Positions 36,753 to 45,876 of a DNA stretch of 50,753 nucleotides are shown here, in pieces; the stretch's first letter is position 1, and each line of letters begins with the position of its first letter. This stretch comes from an uncultured Saprospiraceae bacterium (GTDB lineage: Bacteria > Bacteroidota > Bacteroidia > Chitinophagales > Saprospiraceae), in NCBI GenBank assembly GCA_964556525.1, contig CAZKXO010000001.1, forward strand, positions 1 to 50,753. The letters are read 5' to 3'. The position numbers and the translations under genes were made by a program. Below the pieces are notes generated by a model. It saw only the letters and a list, made by a program, of their open reading frames with translations, did no database searches and had not been told where the DNA came from.

Positions 36753-37118
36753 ATGGAAACCAAGAAAATAAGTCCACAAGAAATCGATGAAATAGAAACA
36801 GCCGAACGTTGTTATATCCTAGAATTACTCAATCATTCCGATGACCGCTCACAATCGATAGCCAGAGCTAGAGTAGAGCCAGGTGTCACTACTGCATGGC
36901 ATCGTCTGAAAGACACTACAGAAGTGTACTATATACTCAGTGGAGAAGGAGAAGCAGAAATAGACAAAGAACGCTTCCCCCTTAGCGCCAACGAACTCCT
37001 ACGCATACCTGCCGGCATTCCTCAGCGTATCACCAATACTGGAAAGGATGACCTAGTATTCTTGTGCTTTTGCAAGCCCGCGTTTTCGGCGGAAATCTAT
37101 GAGGATCTGGAACACTAA
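36753..37118 (+). CDS. Cupin-domain protein
   Basis: 121 aa. 'VEPGVTTAWHRLKDTTEVYYILSGEGEAEI' and 'IPAGIPQRITNTG' fit the two cupin motifs. Confidence 0.75.
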   Translation: METKKISPQEIDEIETAERCYILELLNHSDDRSQSIARARVEPGVTTAWHRLKDTTEVYYILSGEGEAEIDKERFPLSANELLRIPAGIPQRITNTGKDDLVFLCFCKPAFSAEIYEDLEH

Positions 37119-37143
37119 AAGTGATGCCGCAATTATTACATTC

Positions 37144-37605
37144 TTAAAATTTACATCCTTTTACTCCCCTAGTGTATGACAAGCTTTTCTGATGACAGCA
37201 ATCTGCCTTCTTTGGTATGTAGCAATTGATAGTGTCCAACACTTCATTATAGTTTCTAAGTTCCAAGACATCCCTATACTGGAAAAATGTATTGGAAAGC
37301 CCAAAACCAATTTTCCCAGTCCATTTTGGTTTTATAGGAATATGCAAATGCCCCGCAACACTAAAATTTCTAGTAAGAGAAATTCTTTGTTGTCTAAGAA
37401 TCTCACCAGAAGTTTGTCTGTTGATATAAATTGTATCCATATCTTGTACTTTGCCAAGCACATCGGTTATAGAAAAACTCTCACTAGTTTCCAGATTTTT
37501 ACCATTGCCAGATACTAGAGCTCCTTCTATGGAAAGCCACTGAGCATGTATACTGGAGACATACATGAGTGCAAAAACTAAAAGAAGATATCTTGTTCTA
37601 TTCAT
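37144..37605 (-). CDS. Hypothetical secreted protein
   Basis: 153-aa ORF with signal 'MNRTRYLLLVFALMYVSSIHAQ'. I recognise no motif. Confidence 0.55.
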   Translation of the reverse strand: MNRTRYLLLVFALMYVSSIHAQWLSIEGALVSGNGKNLETSESFSITDVLGKVQDMDTIYINRQTSGEILRQQRISLTRNFSVAGHLHIPIKPKWTGKIGFGLSNTFFQYRDVLELRNYNEVLDTINCYIPKKADCCHQKSLSYTRGVKGCKF

Positions 37606-37651
37606 TCCTAAAATACTGAAGGGTTAGCAATTAACCAAAATGCAATTCTTT

Positions 37652-38842
37652 CTAACCCTTAACAAGTTCCAAAGCCTTGTCCAAATCCCCCTTCAGATCT
37701 TCAGGATGCTCCAGTCCGATAGACAGCCTGATAAGAGAAGCATTGATGCCCATTGCAGCAAACTTATCAGGACTGAGTTCTTTCAGGTAACTTATTACGG
37801 GTGCATAGACCAGACTATCATGACCACCCCAACTTACACCTAAGGCAAAGAGCTCAAGGGCATTGACAAATTTTTTGATCTTGGCGATATCATCAGTTGC
37901 TAGTTCAAAACTGAGTAGACCTCCATATCCGGTCATCTGTTTCTTACCCAAGTCATATTGGGGGAAGCTTGCTAGTCCTGGAAAATTGACCTTAGTGACC
38001 TGTGGATGCTGCTCCAGATACTGAGCAACATGCATGGCATTCTCCATAATTGCTTTCATTCTGATGGTCAGTGTTCTGAGACTGCGTAGGATGAGCCACC
38101 CTTCGAACGGTGCCATCTTTGCACCCAGCAATTCGTGTTCTGCAGTGATGATAGCATCCATGGTCTCTCTGTCACTTATGATAACACCTGCAACCACATC
38201 GCTGTGACCACCCAGATACTTGGAAGCAGAATGCACTTCTATATCGACTCCCAGTTCCAGTGGTTTCTGATACACTGGCGAAGCCCAAGTATTATCTATC
38301 ACCGTCTTTATCTGATGCTTTTTTGCGATGGCAACGACTGCTTTAAGGTCTTGCAATTCAAGGGTCAGAGAAGCAGGACTTTCCAGGTAGATGAGCTTGG
38401 TCTTAGCTGTAATCGCTGCTTCGAATTCGGCAGGATCTTGGCCATCTACCTGGGTGCAAGTGATATTAAATTTAGAAGCCAGATACTTATTGATAAAAGT
38501 ATTTGTAGGGCCGTAGATATTTCTGATAGTGACGATGTGGTCTCCGGCACTGACACAATGCAAAATGGCACTGGTGATGGCTGCAATCCCTGAGGCACAC
38601 AACTTGGCTTTGTCTCCTCGGCAAAGTGCAGCTATTTTTTCTTCCGCTGCTTGTACTGTAGGATTCATAAGTCGAGAATAGATGAAGGCATCTGCTTTAT
38701 GGTCAAAAGCTTTATCTATCGCATCCCAGTCCCGGAAAGCAAATAAGGAATTCTGATACAGAGGTGGTATCACCGCACCATGGAGATCTTCATGGTCGTC
38801 ATGGTTAAGAATACTTTCGTCTCTAAGTTTTTTCTTGTCCAT
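37652..38842 (-). CDS. PLP-dependent Cys/Met-metabolism enzyme (methionine gamma-lyase / cystathionine beta-lyase class)
   Basis: The PLP-lysine context is 'VHSASKYLGGHSDVVAG', with 'YSRLMNPT' near the N-terminus. I prefer the ATG at 38842 (396 aa) over the track's TTG at 38869. Either start overlaps the upstream NhaC-family gene. Confidence 0.85.
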   Translation of the reverse strand: MDKKKLRDESILNHDDHEDLHGAVIPPLYQNSLFAFRDWDAIDKAFDHKADAFIYSRLMNPTVQAAEEKIAALCRGDKAKLCASGIAAITSAILHCVSAGDHIVTIRNIYGPTNTFINKYLASKFNITCTQVDGQDPAEFEAAITAKTKLIYLESPASLTLELQDLKAVVAIAKKHQIKTVIDNTWASPVYQKPLELGVDIEVHSASKYLGGHSDVVAGVIISDRETMDAIITAEHELLGAKMAPFEGWLILRSLRTLTIRMKAIMENAMHVAQYLEQHPQVTKVNFPGLASFPQYDLGKKQMTGYGGLLSFELATDDIAKIKKFVNALELFALGVSWGGHDSLVYAPVISYLKELSPDKFAAMGINASLIRLSIGLEHPEDLKGDLDKALELVKG

Positions 38843-40274
38843 GCGTCGATTTATTATAAAAGCAAGCAATACCTGTCAGAGCAAAGAAGTAGGCAATAAC
38901 GATATTAATCAATGAAAGAAACTGCACTGGCGCATAATCTAGGGCTGATATTCCAAGGGCACTGGCCATAAAAATTCCTGAAGGTGTCCATGGGGCTAAA
39001 TTCTCCATCATAGTCCCTGCATCTTCTATAGATCGGGACAGTACTTTTCTATCTACACCTAAATTGTTGAATTTTTTCTTGAAGCTTTCTGCAATTATAA
39101 AGCTGGTTGCATATTGGTTGGAGGTCGTAAGATTCGTCAGCAAAGTACTGCTGATGGCTGCAAAGACAACCTGCTTTCTGGTTTTGATTTTGGACATGAT
39201 ATTTCTTAGCACAGTATCTATAGAATTGATCACATCCAGTGTACCTATAAAAGCGAAAATGAGAAAGCAACTTGTTATCCCTTCTATGAGGTTATATAAG
39301 CCTCCTCTATTTAGAATATTGAGTGCTTTTGCATCTGCGGCATCGGCAGAGGTCATCTCGGTAGAAAAGCCTTCTTTAAAAGAGGCCATTATATCAGAAA
39401 AAGAGAAATCCTGAAATACAAGAGCGAGAACCATAGCAATCCAGGCAGATCCTAACAAGGTCAGGACTATCGGTTTCTTAGTCATGGAACCCCAGATAAC
39501 CACCACCAGTGGTAGAAACAAAATCCAACTGAAATGAAACATCTCATCCAAGGCCGACAAGGTCGTTTGTATCAATTCTGGTTGCGCAGTCACATCCGCG
39601 CCCAATTCTCCTGAAAACACCGGAGACAACACAATGTAGATGACCCCTGCCAGTATAGCTGCAGGTCCAGTCGTATACATCATAGAACGGATATGATCAA
39701 AGAGAGGTACATCCGTGGCTAGAGAAGCAACATTGGTCGTATCAGAAAGTGGGGACATCTTATCACCAAAAAAAGATCCTCCGACTATAGCCCCTGCTGT
39801 TATACAAAGATCAGCACCATAGACCTGAGCAATGCTTATCATAACGATTCCTATAGTACCTGCCGAACCCCAAGAGGTCCCTGTAAGCAAAGAAAACATG
39901 ATACAGATAAGAAAAGCAAAAATATAGATCCAGTTGGGATTGATCAGTGAGACACCATGGTAGATCAGCATTGGAATAGTCCCACATACGATCCAACTCC
40001 CTATCAGTACCCCTATAGAAAAGAGTATCAAGATGACTCCTATAGACTCCCCTACTTTCTTGACAATATGCTCCTGAATGGTTTCCCAGCTGTAACCTAA
40101 AAACAAAAGATGAAGACAACTAAAGGTAAAAGCCATCAAAATCAGTACCTCCAAAGGCAGCATCTTCTGCTTCAGCAATACTGGCTGTACAAATAAACCA
40201 AAAATCAATACCAAGAAAAAAAAGCCCAGAGGAAGAAAGGCTTGCCAGAAATTGAGTTGTTTTCTATCAGTCAT
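38823..40274 (-). CDS. NhaC-family membrane transporter (Na+/H+ antiporter superfamily; possibly an amino-acid transporter)
   Basis: 483 aa with ~11-12 TM helices. Size and composition are typical of NhaC ('GTSWGSAGTIGIVMI', 'SPLSDTTN'). Confidence 0.8.
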   Translation of the reverse strand: MTDRKQLNFWQAFLPLGFFFLVLIFGLFVQPVLLKQKMLPLEVLILMAFTFSCLHLLFLGYSWETIQEHIVKKVGESIGVILILFSIGVLIGSWIVCGTIPMLIYHGVSLINPNWIYIFAFLICIMFSLLTGTSWGSAGTIGIVMISIAQVYGADLCITAGAIVGGSFFGDKMSPLSDTTNVASLATDVPLFDHIRSMMYTTGPAAILAGVIYIVLSPVFSGELGADVTAQPELIQTTLSALDEMFHFSWILFLPLVVVIWGSMTKKPIVLTLLGSAWIAMVLALVFQDFSFSDIMASFKEGFSTEMTSADAADAKALNILNRGGLYNLIEGITSCFLIFAFIGTLDVINSIDTVLRNIMSKIKTRKQVVFAAISSTLLTNLTTSNQYATSFIIAESFKKKFNNLGVDRKVLSRSIEDAGTMMENLAPWTPSGIFMASALGISALDYAPVQFLSLINIVIAYFFALTGIACFYNKSTHGQEKT

Positions 40275-40369
40275 CTGGTCTAAGATAGTAATTTAGAGAT
40301 ATTTCTCATGAGCGCCATACACCAAGTCGGCAGCATGTCGCATCTTATTAAGTCAGACAACACGTATTC

Positions 40370-41521
40370 ATGAAATCTTTGTTAGTACTTCTTTTATACT
40401 GTAGCGTCCTTTATGGACAGACAGCCCCTGCCGACCTTAAGAAAACCGCTGCTGACAACTATGATAATCAGAAATATGAGCTCGCCTTGACATCCTATCA
40501 GGCCTTGCTGGTCACCGATAGCATGGTACTCAAGAATTATGAAAGGGCCGCCCTCTCCGCCTATAAACTGGGTGATCTTCCGCTTGCCAGAAAGTATTTT
40601 TTAGAATTAGAAAAAAAAGATACCATAAACAGAATAGCACTGACCTCTCTAGCCAGTATCTACGAAACCAATTCTAATACACCTAAAGCCATAAAGTACT
40701 ATCACAAACTGATCAAATACTTCCCTGATAATGCCATTAATTTCAGAAAGTTGGCGCAGCAATACCAGAAGGCAGGTCTAAAAAACGAAGCCAAGAGTTA
40801 TTATCAGCAGGCCCTAGAAAAAAACAACAAAGACCAGTACACTATCAAGGGCCTTGGAGAGCTCCTTCTTAGAGAAAAGAACTATGCCCTTACAGACAGT
40901 CTCCTCACCCTCGGACTATGTAGAGACAGCAACAATATCCAGCTTAATCTACTTATGGCTAATAGCAAATATCTTCAAAAAGCCTATGACAGTACTGTCT
41001 ATTATATGGAGGTTATCAGAGGCAAATATGACCTGAGACCTCACCATAATAAAATGCTGGGCTATGCCTATATGCAAGTGGACTCACTGGACCGAGCCAT
41101 ATTCCATCTCACCAAAGCAATCAATGATCCTGGCACCAAAGAATATGCACATTATAATCTCGGCGTCGCCTACGAGAAACAAGGGAACATAGAATTTGCC
41201 CTCCACCACTTTCAGGAAGCTGTCAAAGAAGGGATCTCGGAGGATATAGATTTATACCACAGAAATGTAGCTAGATTATATTCCAAAGAAGAAAACTTGA
41301 AATCAGCTATTCCCCATTATCAGGATGCTTATAAATATGGACAAGACCCCCTTGTACTATTCTATCTTGCACGGGCCTCTGACAACTACTACAAGGACAA
41401 AAACGTAGCCATCCGCTACTATACAAAATTTATCAACAGTGACTATGACCACTCTGAGTATAAAAAATACGCCGCAGACAGAAAGCGCTATCTCAAGGAA
41501 CTCATGCATCTGCAAAAGTAG
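40370..41521 (+). CDS. Secreted TPR-repeat protein
   Basis: 383 aa with signal 'MKSLLVLLLYCSVLYGQ'. It has multiple 34-aa TPR-like units (for example 'AHYNLGVAYEKQGNIEFALHHFQEAVK'). Confidence 0.75.
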   Translation: MKSLLVLLLYCSVLYGQTAPADLKKTAADNYDNQKYELALTSYQALLVTDSMVLKNYERAALSAYKLGDLPLARKYFLELEKKDTINRIALTSLASIYETNSNTPKAIKYYHKLIKYFPDNAINFRKLAQQYQKAGLKNEAKSYYQQALEKNNKDQYTIKGLGELLLREKNYALTDSLLTLGLCRDSNNIQLNLLMANSKYLQKAYDSTVYYMEVIRGKYDLRPHHNKMLGYAYMQVDSLDRAIFHLTKAINDPGTKEYAHYNLGVAYEKQGNIEFALHHFQEAVKEGISEDIDLYHRNVARLYSKEENLKSAIPHYQDAYKYGQDPLVLFYLARASDNYYKDKNVAIRYYTKFINSDYDHSEYKKYAADRKRYLKELMHLQK

Positions 41522-41598
41522 AGACAGCCTTAGTCCTAGCTATGCTAAAAATTATAATGTAACTTTGGTGATCATAGAACTAGTTTCTCTTTCCACTT

Positions 41599-42081
41599 AT
41601 GAAAACACTTTTTGCATTCAGGCGAAAAATATTGGCAAGTGTTCGTGTCACTGCATTGCGCCTACAATTAAGGGATATCAAAGTCGGAACAAACTTTTAT
41701 TGCAACAAGGGGTTCTTTGTAGCAAGAGGGAAAAAGCTCATCGCAGGTGACAATGTATACTTCGGCCGACATGCTCATATTGGCAATGATCTGATTCTAA
41801 GTGATGATGTGATGGTCGCCTCCAATTGTGCCTTTGTCGGTGGAGACCATAAAATAGATAACCTAGGAACGACCCTCATACGTGAATCAGGCATAGAACA
41901 TAGAAAAACTACAGTTATAGAAAACAATGTATGGATAGGACATGGCTGTATAATTATGGCAGGTGTAACTATTAAGTCTGGCGCAGTTGTAGCTGCTGGC
42001 GCAGTAGTCACCAAAGATGTAGGCAATGATGTAATTATAGGTGGATCTCCTGCTGTACTCATACGTAAAAGGATACCTTGA
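41599..42081 (+). CDS. Hexapeptide-repeat (LbH) acyl/acetyltransferase
   Basis: 160 aa. It has left-handed beta-helix hexapeptide repeats ('VWIGHGCIIMAGVTIKSGAVVAAGAVVTKDVGNDVIIGGSPA'). Confidence 0.8.
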   Translation: MKTLFAFRRKILASVRVTALRLQLRDIKVGTNFYCNKGFFVARGKKLIAGDNVYFGRHAHIGNDLILSDDVMVASNCAFVGGDHKIDNLGTTLIRESGIEHRKTTVIENNVWIGHGCIIMAGVTIKSGAVVAAGAVVTKDVGNDVIIGGSPAVLIRKRIP

Positions 42082-42632
42082 TGACTTTGGATAAAAGCAA
42101 ATTCGACAACAGCTGGTATAAGCCTGGTGCCTTTTGGAAAAGAACCTTATGGTACTACACTAATATATTGCTATTTAGAAATTCATTACTGCCGTTTACC
42201 TCATTCAAAGTATTTATCCTGAGGCTCTTTGGTGCCAAAATAGGAAAGCGCTGCTATATCAAACCAGGTGTCAATATTAAATACCCCTGGTTCCTTGAGC
42301 TGGGCGACAATGTAGGATTAGGAGAAAACGTTTGGATAGATAATTTAGCACCGGTCAGAATGGGTGATAATGTGACAGTTTCTCAGGGAGCCTTGTTGCA
42401 GACAGGCAATCACAATTACAAGTCCCGATCCTTCAGCCTAATGTTAGGTGAAATACATCTGGAAGATGGTGCCTGGGTGGGTGCAAAAGCAATAGTGGGA
42501 CCAGGAGTGCACATACGCAAAAACGCCATATTATCTCTAGGTTCCATTACGACCAAAGACTTAGAAGAAAGTGGTATCTATGCTGGAATTCCAGCTGTAT
42601 TTATAAAGCAACGCATCTACTCTCAAGATTGA
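42081..42632 (+). CDS. WcaF-like polysaccharide O-acetyltransferase (hexapeptide repeat)
   Basis: The N-terminus 'LDKSKFDNSWYKPGAFWKRTLWYYTNILLF...LRLFGAKIG' plus hexapeptide repeats resembles the colanic-acid acetyltransferase WcaF. The ATG at 42081 overlaps the upstream TGA (TGATG). The track starts the ORF at the TTG at 42078. Confidence 0.8.
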   Translation: MTLDKSKFDNSWYKPGAFWKRTLWYYTNILLFRNSLLPFTSFKVFILRLFGAKIGKRCYIKPGVNIKYPWFLELGDNVGLGENVWIDNLAPVRMGDNVTVSQGALLQTGNHNYKSRSFSLMLGEIHLEDGAWVGAKAIVGPGVHIRKNAILSLGSITTKDLEESGIYAGIPAVFIKQRIYSQD

Positions 42633-43816
42633 AAGCACTGGCTATAATATTCGCGTTATTTTGTTTTTTCCCTTACCTAGCCCTCATAGGACTAAGTACA
42701 GATACACAGCCTAACGCATTGATAATAGGTGCAATAATCCTATTGCTTATCAAAGACAAGAAGGTAACTCCAGCCATTATTATGATCTGGATTCTATGGG
42801 GATTATCCTTCTTCTTAATCATCAATAATAAACTATCTACCTTCGATTACGTTAAAAATGTACTGAACTATTTGTCTCTTGCAATAGTGACCACAACCAG
42901 CTACATCCTATTTAAGAGACAATTGCTCACTATTCCATTTAAAGCCTTCGTCGCTGTGTTAAGTGTTTATTTTCTTTTCGGATTGGGACAACTCTACTTA
43001 AGTCCCAGTTTAGGGGGTATCTTTCTTGCCAATATGCGCGGTGTCTTGATAAATGGTAGAGGGGTTGTTTCTCTCACAACTGAGCCGGCATTCTATGGCA
43101 GTGTCTGTTTATTCTTTTTGATTTTTTCCTTACTTAACTATTCTAAGAAAGCAAACCTCATAGTTATACCGCTCTTATTGGTTCAATTGACCCTTCTAAG
43201 TAAGTCTGCAACCGCTATCGCCATCTTGGCTTTATCTCTCTTGATATTTAGTACAATACAAATTTTAAAATTCAATATAAAATATGTTGCCAGTGCAGCT
43301 GTAATCTTAGCTATTGCGATTCCAACTTTCAATGCCCAACTGAATAAGATGGAATCAACAAGGGTAGGCAAGCTGGCTGCAGAATTTATACGTGATCCGA
43401 TTAAGTTGACACAACTAGATGAAAGTGTCGGTGTACGATTTGCTGGTGCAACTGTGCCTATTCTAAATGCAAGATATAATGGATTTAGACCCATGGGACT
43501 AGGACACTATAAGCAGTTCCTCAGTGAGTTGTACGTGTCAGGCAAGTGTCGCGACTTCCTCAACCCTCTGATAATAAACGAAAAGGAAAGACTCGGAGGC
43601 AGTATGAATCTGGTTTTATATCAGCTAGGCTTTCTAGGCTTACTCTTTCCCATAGCGGTCTTTCTATCTTTCAAAGGCAGACTCAGAGAAAGCAAATACC
43701 TCTTTTGCTGTGTATTATTTTGCAGCATCTTATTCACTCAGCTGCAGCTGATGCAAGCTTTTATCGGGTTTCTATTAGGTTTTGTGATGTATAAGTCTGG
43801 AACAGAAAGCTCATAA
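42629..43816 (+). CDS. Polytopic membrane protein, O-antigen polymerase/ligase (Wzy-like)
   Basis: 395 aa with ~10 TM helices and a larger loop near residues 250-300. The TTG start overlaps the upstream stop (TTGA). The call rests on topology and gene context only. Confidence 0.6.
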   Translation: MKALAIIFALFCFFPYLALIGLSTDTQPNALIIGAIILLLIKDKKVTPAIIMIWILWGLSFFLIINNKLSTFDYVKNVLNYLSLAIVTTTSYILFKRQLLTIPFKAFVAVLSVYFLFGLGQLYLSPSLGGIFLANMRGVLINGRGVVSLTTEPAFYGSVCLFFLIFSLLNYSKKANLIVIPLLLVQLTLLSKSATAIAILALSLLIFSTIQILKFNIKYVASAAVILAIAIPTFNAQLNKMESTRVGKLAAEFIRDPIKLTQLDESVGVRFAGATVPILNARYNGFRPMGLGHYKQFLSELYVSGKCRDFLNPLIINEKERLGGSMNLVLYQLGFLGLLFPIAVFLSFKGRLRESKYLFCCVLFCSILFTQLQLMQAFIGFLLGFVMYKSGTESS

Positions 43817-43830
43817 GCCTTCTCTTAATT

Positions 43831-45489
43831 CTACTTGAAAGTCATCACACCAATCTTAATGTTCTGCCTTTCATTAGTATGTGGTTCTACAAAGGTTACA
43901 AAGTATTGATTAGAGCCTATCTGCTTAGATCTGGTAGGTGCTATCAAACTATTGGAATCTTCTGGCAGCAAAGATCTTATTTCATAATTCAAATCTCCAT
44001 GAATGGTTACCAGAGCTGGTTCCATTCTTCGGAGCCTATTGGCCACTTTGCGAGACTTTCTCTCCTCGAAATTATCCCTATGCTCGTTATACAAAAAATA
44101 CACCTTGTCATTGTGTACTACATTAACATGAGAAAGATGCAAACTCGATTCTCGCAGTGCATCGTCACTTGGTTTGAAATAATTAAATCCTTGATAGATT
44201 AATTGTTCTTGTTTCTTAGGCAGCAGTGTAATGCCATCCATCTCACCTGCAGGATTGGTCTTGAGAATAACAACATCATTACTGTTTAGATAAGTGACGT
44301 TATTATTGTTGACATTATTGAAGCGCCTGCCTCCAAAAGCAGTATTATTAAAATTGTTTTGATTCTGTACTCTGGCAAAGTTTTCTTCTGCAGTGATGAT
44401 CAAATCACGATTAGCTAACTGAAAGACATCTATCAATTTGAATTCATCATCCAGACCTTTATTGTCTTTCTTTCTAAGATTTACGTTTGCATCTCCTTTG
44501 TCCAAAGAAATAAGATCCTGTATATCAAAAAAGGACTGCTGGATTCCTGTTACTTGCATAAGTTCATCATGCTGGGCCACATAGACACCACTGATATTAC
44601 CGTTATGCTTTTCCGTAAGCAATCCTATACTATAAAGGTCACCCGAAGGAAAAAATTTCAGTCTGGCATCATGGACAAAAGCACCATCCAAATCTAGCGC
44701 ATGCTTATCTAGTGCTCTACTTTCAGCTGAGATAGTATAAGTATTTATCTCATAGCCCGCTATCCTTTCCCCTTTCCTATTATCGACTTCGTTCTTTGCT
44801 TTACTATCCTTGAAGTACTTGGATAGCAAGACGAGTTCATTCTTAGCATTCAGTTGGAAATCCAGAATGTCATACTGTTTTTGGTTACCCTTCAGTGAGC
44901 TAAACTTGTCCCACAACAAGCTTGCATTTTCATCTATCACTGCCGTATAGATTTCAGTTTCTCTCTTCTTTTTATCAGCATCAAAGAGTGCTACAAAGGC
45001 CACTGTAGAAGAATCTGGAGATGGGCGCAGATATGTGAATGGTATATCTATAGCTTTTGCGACTTCTATCTCAAAGAGCTTCTGTTTTCTTCCTTCCTTC
45101 CCGTCAAAGTCTATTGGGATCAGGCTGTAGGTATACTTGTAACTGCCAGATTGTTCTATGACTATCCAAGCCAACTTATTGGCAACGGCAAAGAGCTCTA
45201 CAGAGACCATATCCTGATCACCATAGGCATAGCTATAGACTTGCTGGAAACCCTTATCGTACTTCTCAAGTATCAGTGCTCTGCCCGGAAGGTCGAGCAA
45301 GCCTCTACCTGATCGTTCGTAAATGTGTAATATATAACCACTGTCATCAGAGTGGATAAGACCCTGATATTCATCACTTTGCCTTAGCAAGATATCGTTA
45401 CTTAACTGAATGTCAGCGGTTTGCCCTATAAGTCCAAATGTTAAAATTTGGAAGTAGAATAGGCTTATAAATGTGGGTAATACTCTCAT
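43831..45489 (-). CDS. Hypothetical secreted protein
   Basis: 552-aa ORF with an N-terminal signal-like segment 'MRVLPTFISLFYFQILTFGLIGQ' and an Asn-rich patch ('NQNNFNNTAFGGRRFNNVNNNNV'). I recognise no motif. Confidence 0.65.
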   Translation of the reverse strand: MRVLPTFISLFYFQILTFGLIGQTADIQLSNDILLRQSDEYQGLIHSDDSGYILHIYERSGRGLLDLPGRALILEKYDKGFQQVYSYAYGDQDMVSVELFAVANKLAWIVIEQSGSYKYTYSLIPIDFDGKEGRKQKLFEIEVAKAIDIPFTYLRPSPDSSTVAFVALFDADKKKRETEIYTAVIDENASLLWDKFSSLKGNQKQYDILDFQLNAKNELVLLSKYFKDSKAKNEVDNRKGERIAGYEINTYTISAESRALDKHALDLDGAFVHDARLKFFPSGDLYSIGLLTEKHNGNISGVYVAQHDELMQVTGIQQSFFDIQDLISLDKGDANVNLRKKDNKGLDDEFKLIDVFQLANRDLIITAEENFARVQNQNNFNNTAFGGRRFNNVNNNNVTYLNSNDVVILKTNPAGEMDGITLLPKKQEQLIYQGFNYFKPSDDALRESSLHLSHVNVVHNDKVYFLYNEHRDNFEERKSRKVANRLRRMEPALVTIHGDLNYEIRSLLPEDSNSLIAPTRSKQIGSNQYFVTFVEPHTNERQNIKIGVMTFK

Positions 45490-45596
45490 AGGAATATATA
45501 TAAATAAAGTCTAATAAAATAAACAGATTTGTGCTTAGTTAAGTTTGCATTAAGTAGTACTTTTAGCTTTTATTTAAACAACAGAAATTAATTACT

Positions 45597-45812
45597 ATGA
45601 AAAAGGTATTAACTGAAACAACTAAATTATTCACATTAGTATGCTGTGTATTTGTAATGTTCTCTTGTGGAGGTAACGAATGTGTTACTTGTACTATGGA
45701 AGGTTCTGATGATGTAGAAATCTGTGAAGATGACTTTACTGGTGACATCACTGGATTAGCTTATGACTCAGCAATCACAGGTCAAGAAATTCTTGGATTC
45801 ACATGTGAGTAA
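45597..45812 (+). CDS. Small Cys-rich acidic lipoprotein (candidate)
   Basis: 71-aa ORF with the lipobox 'VFVMFSCGG'. The mature ~47 aa carry CxxC plus two more Cys. It has its own strong terminator 27 nt downstream. Confidence 0.5.
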   Translation: MKKVLTETTKLFTLVCCVFVMFSCGGNECVTCTMEGSDDVEICEDDFTGDITGLAYDSAITGQEILGFTCE

Positions 45813-45838
45813 TAACGTCATAAAAAATTATAAAAAAT

Positions 45839-45868
45839 GGTGTTGCTTCGTGTAGCACCTTTTTTTTT
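45839..45868. terminator. Bidirectional terminator between convergent genes
   Basis: Hairpin GGTGTTGC / GTAGCACC (two G-U pairs) followed by T9. An A-rich run lies upstream, so it can also serve the minus-strand hydrolase operon. Confidence 0.7.
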
Positions 45869-45876
45869 GGCCCTAA

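Noticed and set aside
36566-36790. 74-aa + strand ORF overlapping the start of the cupin gene
   Set aside because: It has no recognisable motif and overlaps the better-supported cupin ORF out of frame. The region is discussed instead as a possible leader or sRNA region.
38135-38593. 152-aa + strand ORF
   Set aside because: It is antisense inside the PLP-dependent lyase gene. It has no motifs and is a shadow ORF. The same reasoning applies to 3629..3961, 8153..8434, 39064..39414 and the other short antisense ORFs in the track.
40214-40232. Homopolymer runs (A8 at ~40221 in the NhaC-family gene, A8 at ~7265, T7/A7 runs elsewhere) as phase-variation switches
   Set aside because: The runs are short (7-8 nt) and common in an AT-rich genome. 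All affected ORFs are intact, and there is no associated recombinase or evidence of length heterogeneity.
40275-40369. Relatively GC-rich 40-nt patch upstream of the NhaC/lyase operon as a possible SAM-type riboswitch
   Set aside because: Only 95 nt are available, shared with a divergent promoter. I could not find a convincing stem or pseudoknot arrangement or any conserved riboswitch core by eye.
41439-41750. 103-aa + strand ORF bridging the TPR gene end and the acetyltransferase start
   Set aside because: It is out of frame with two well-supported genes that it overlaps, and it has no motifs.
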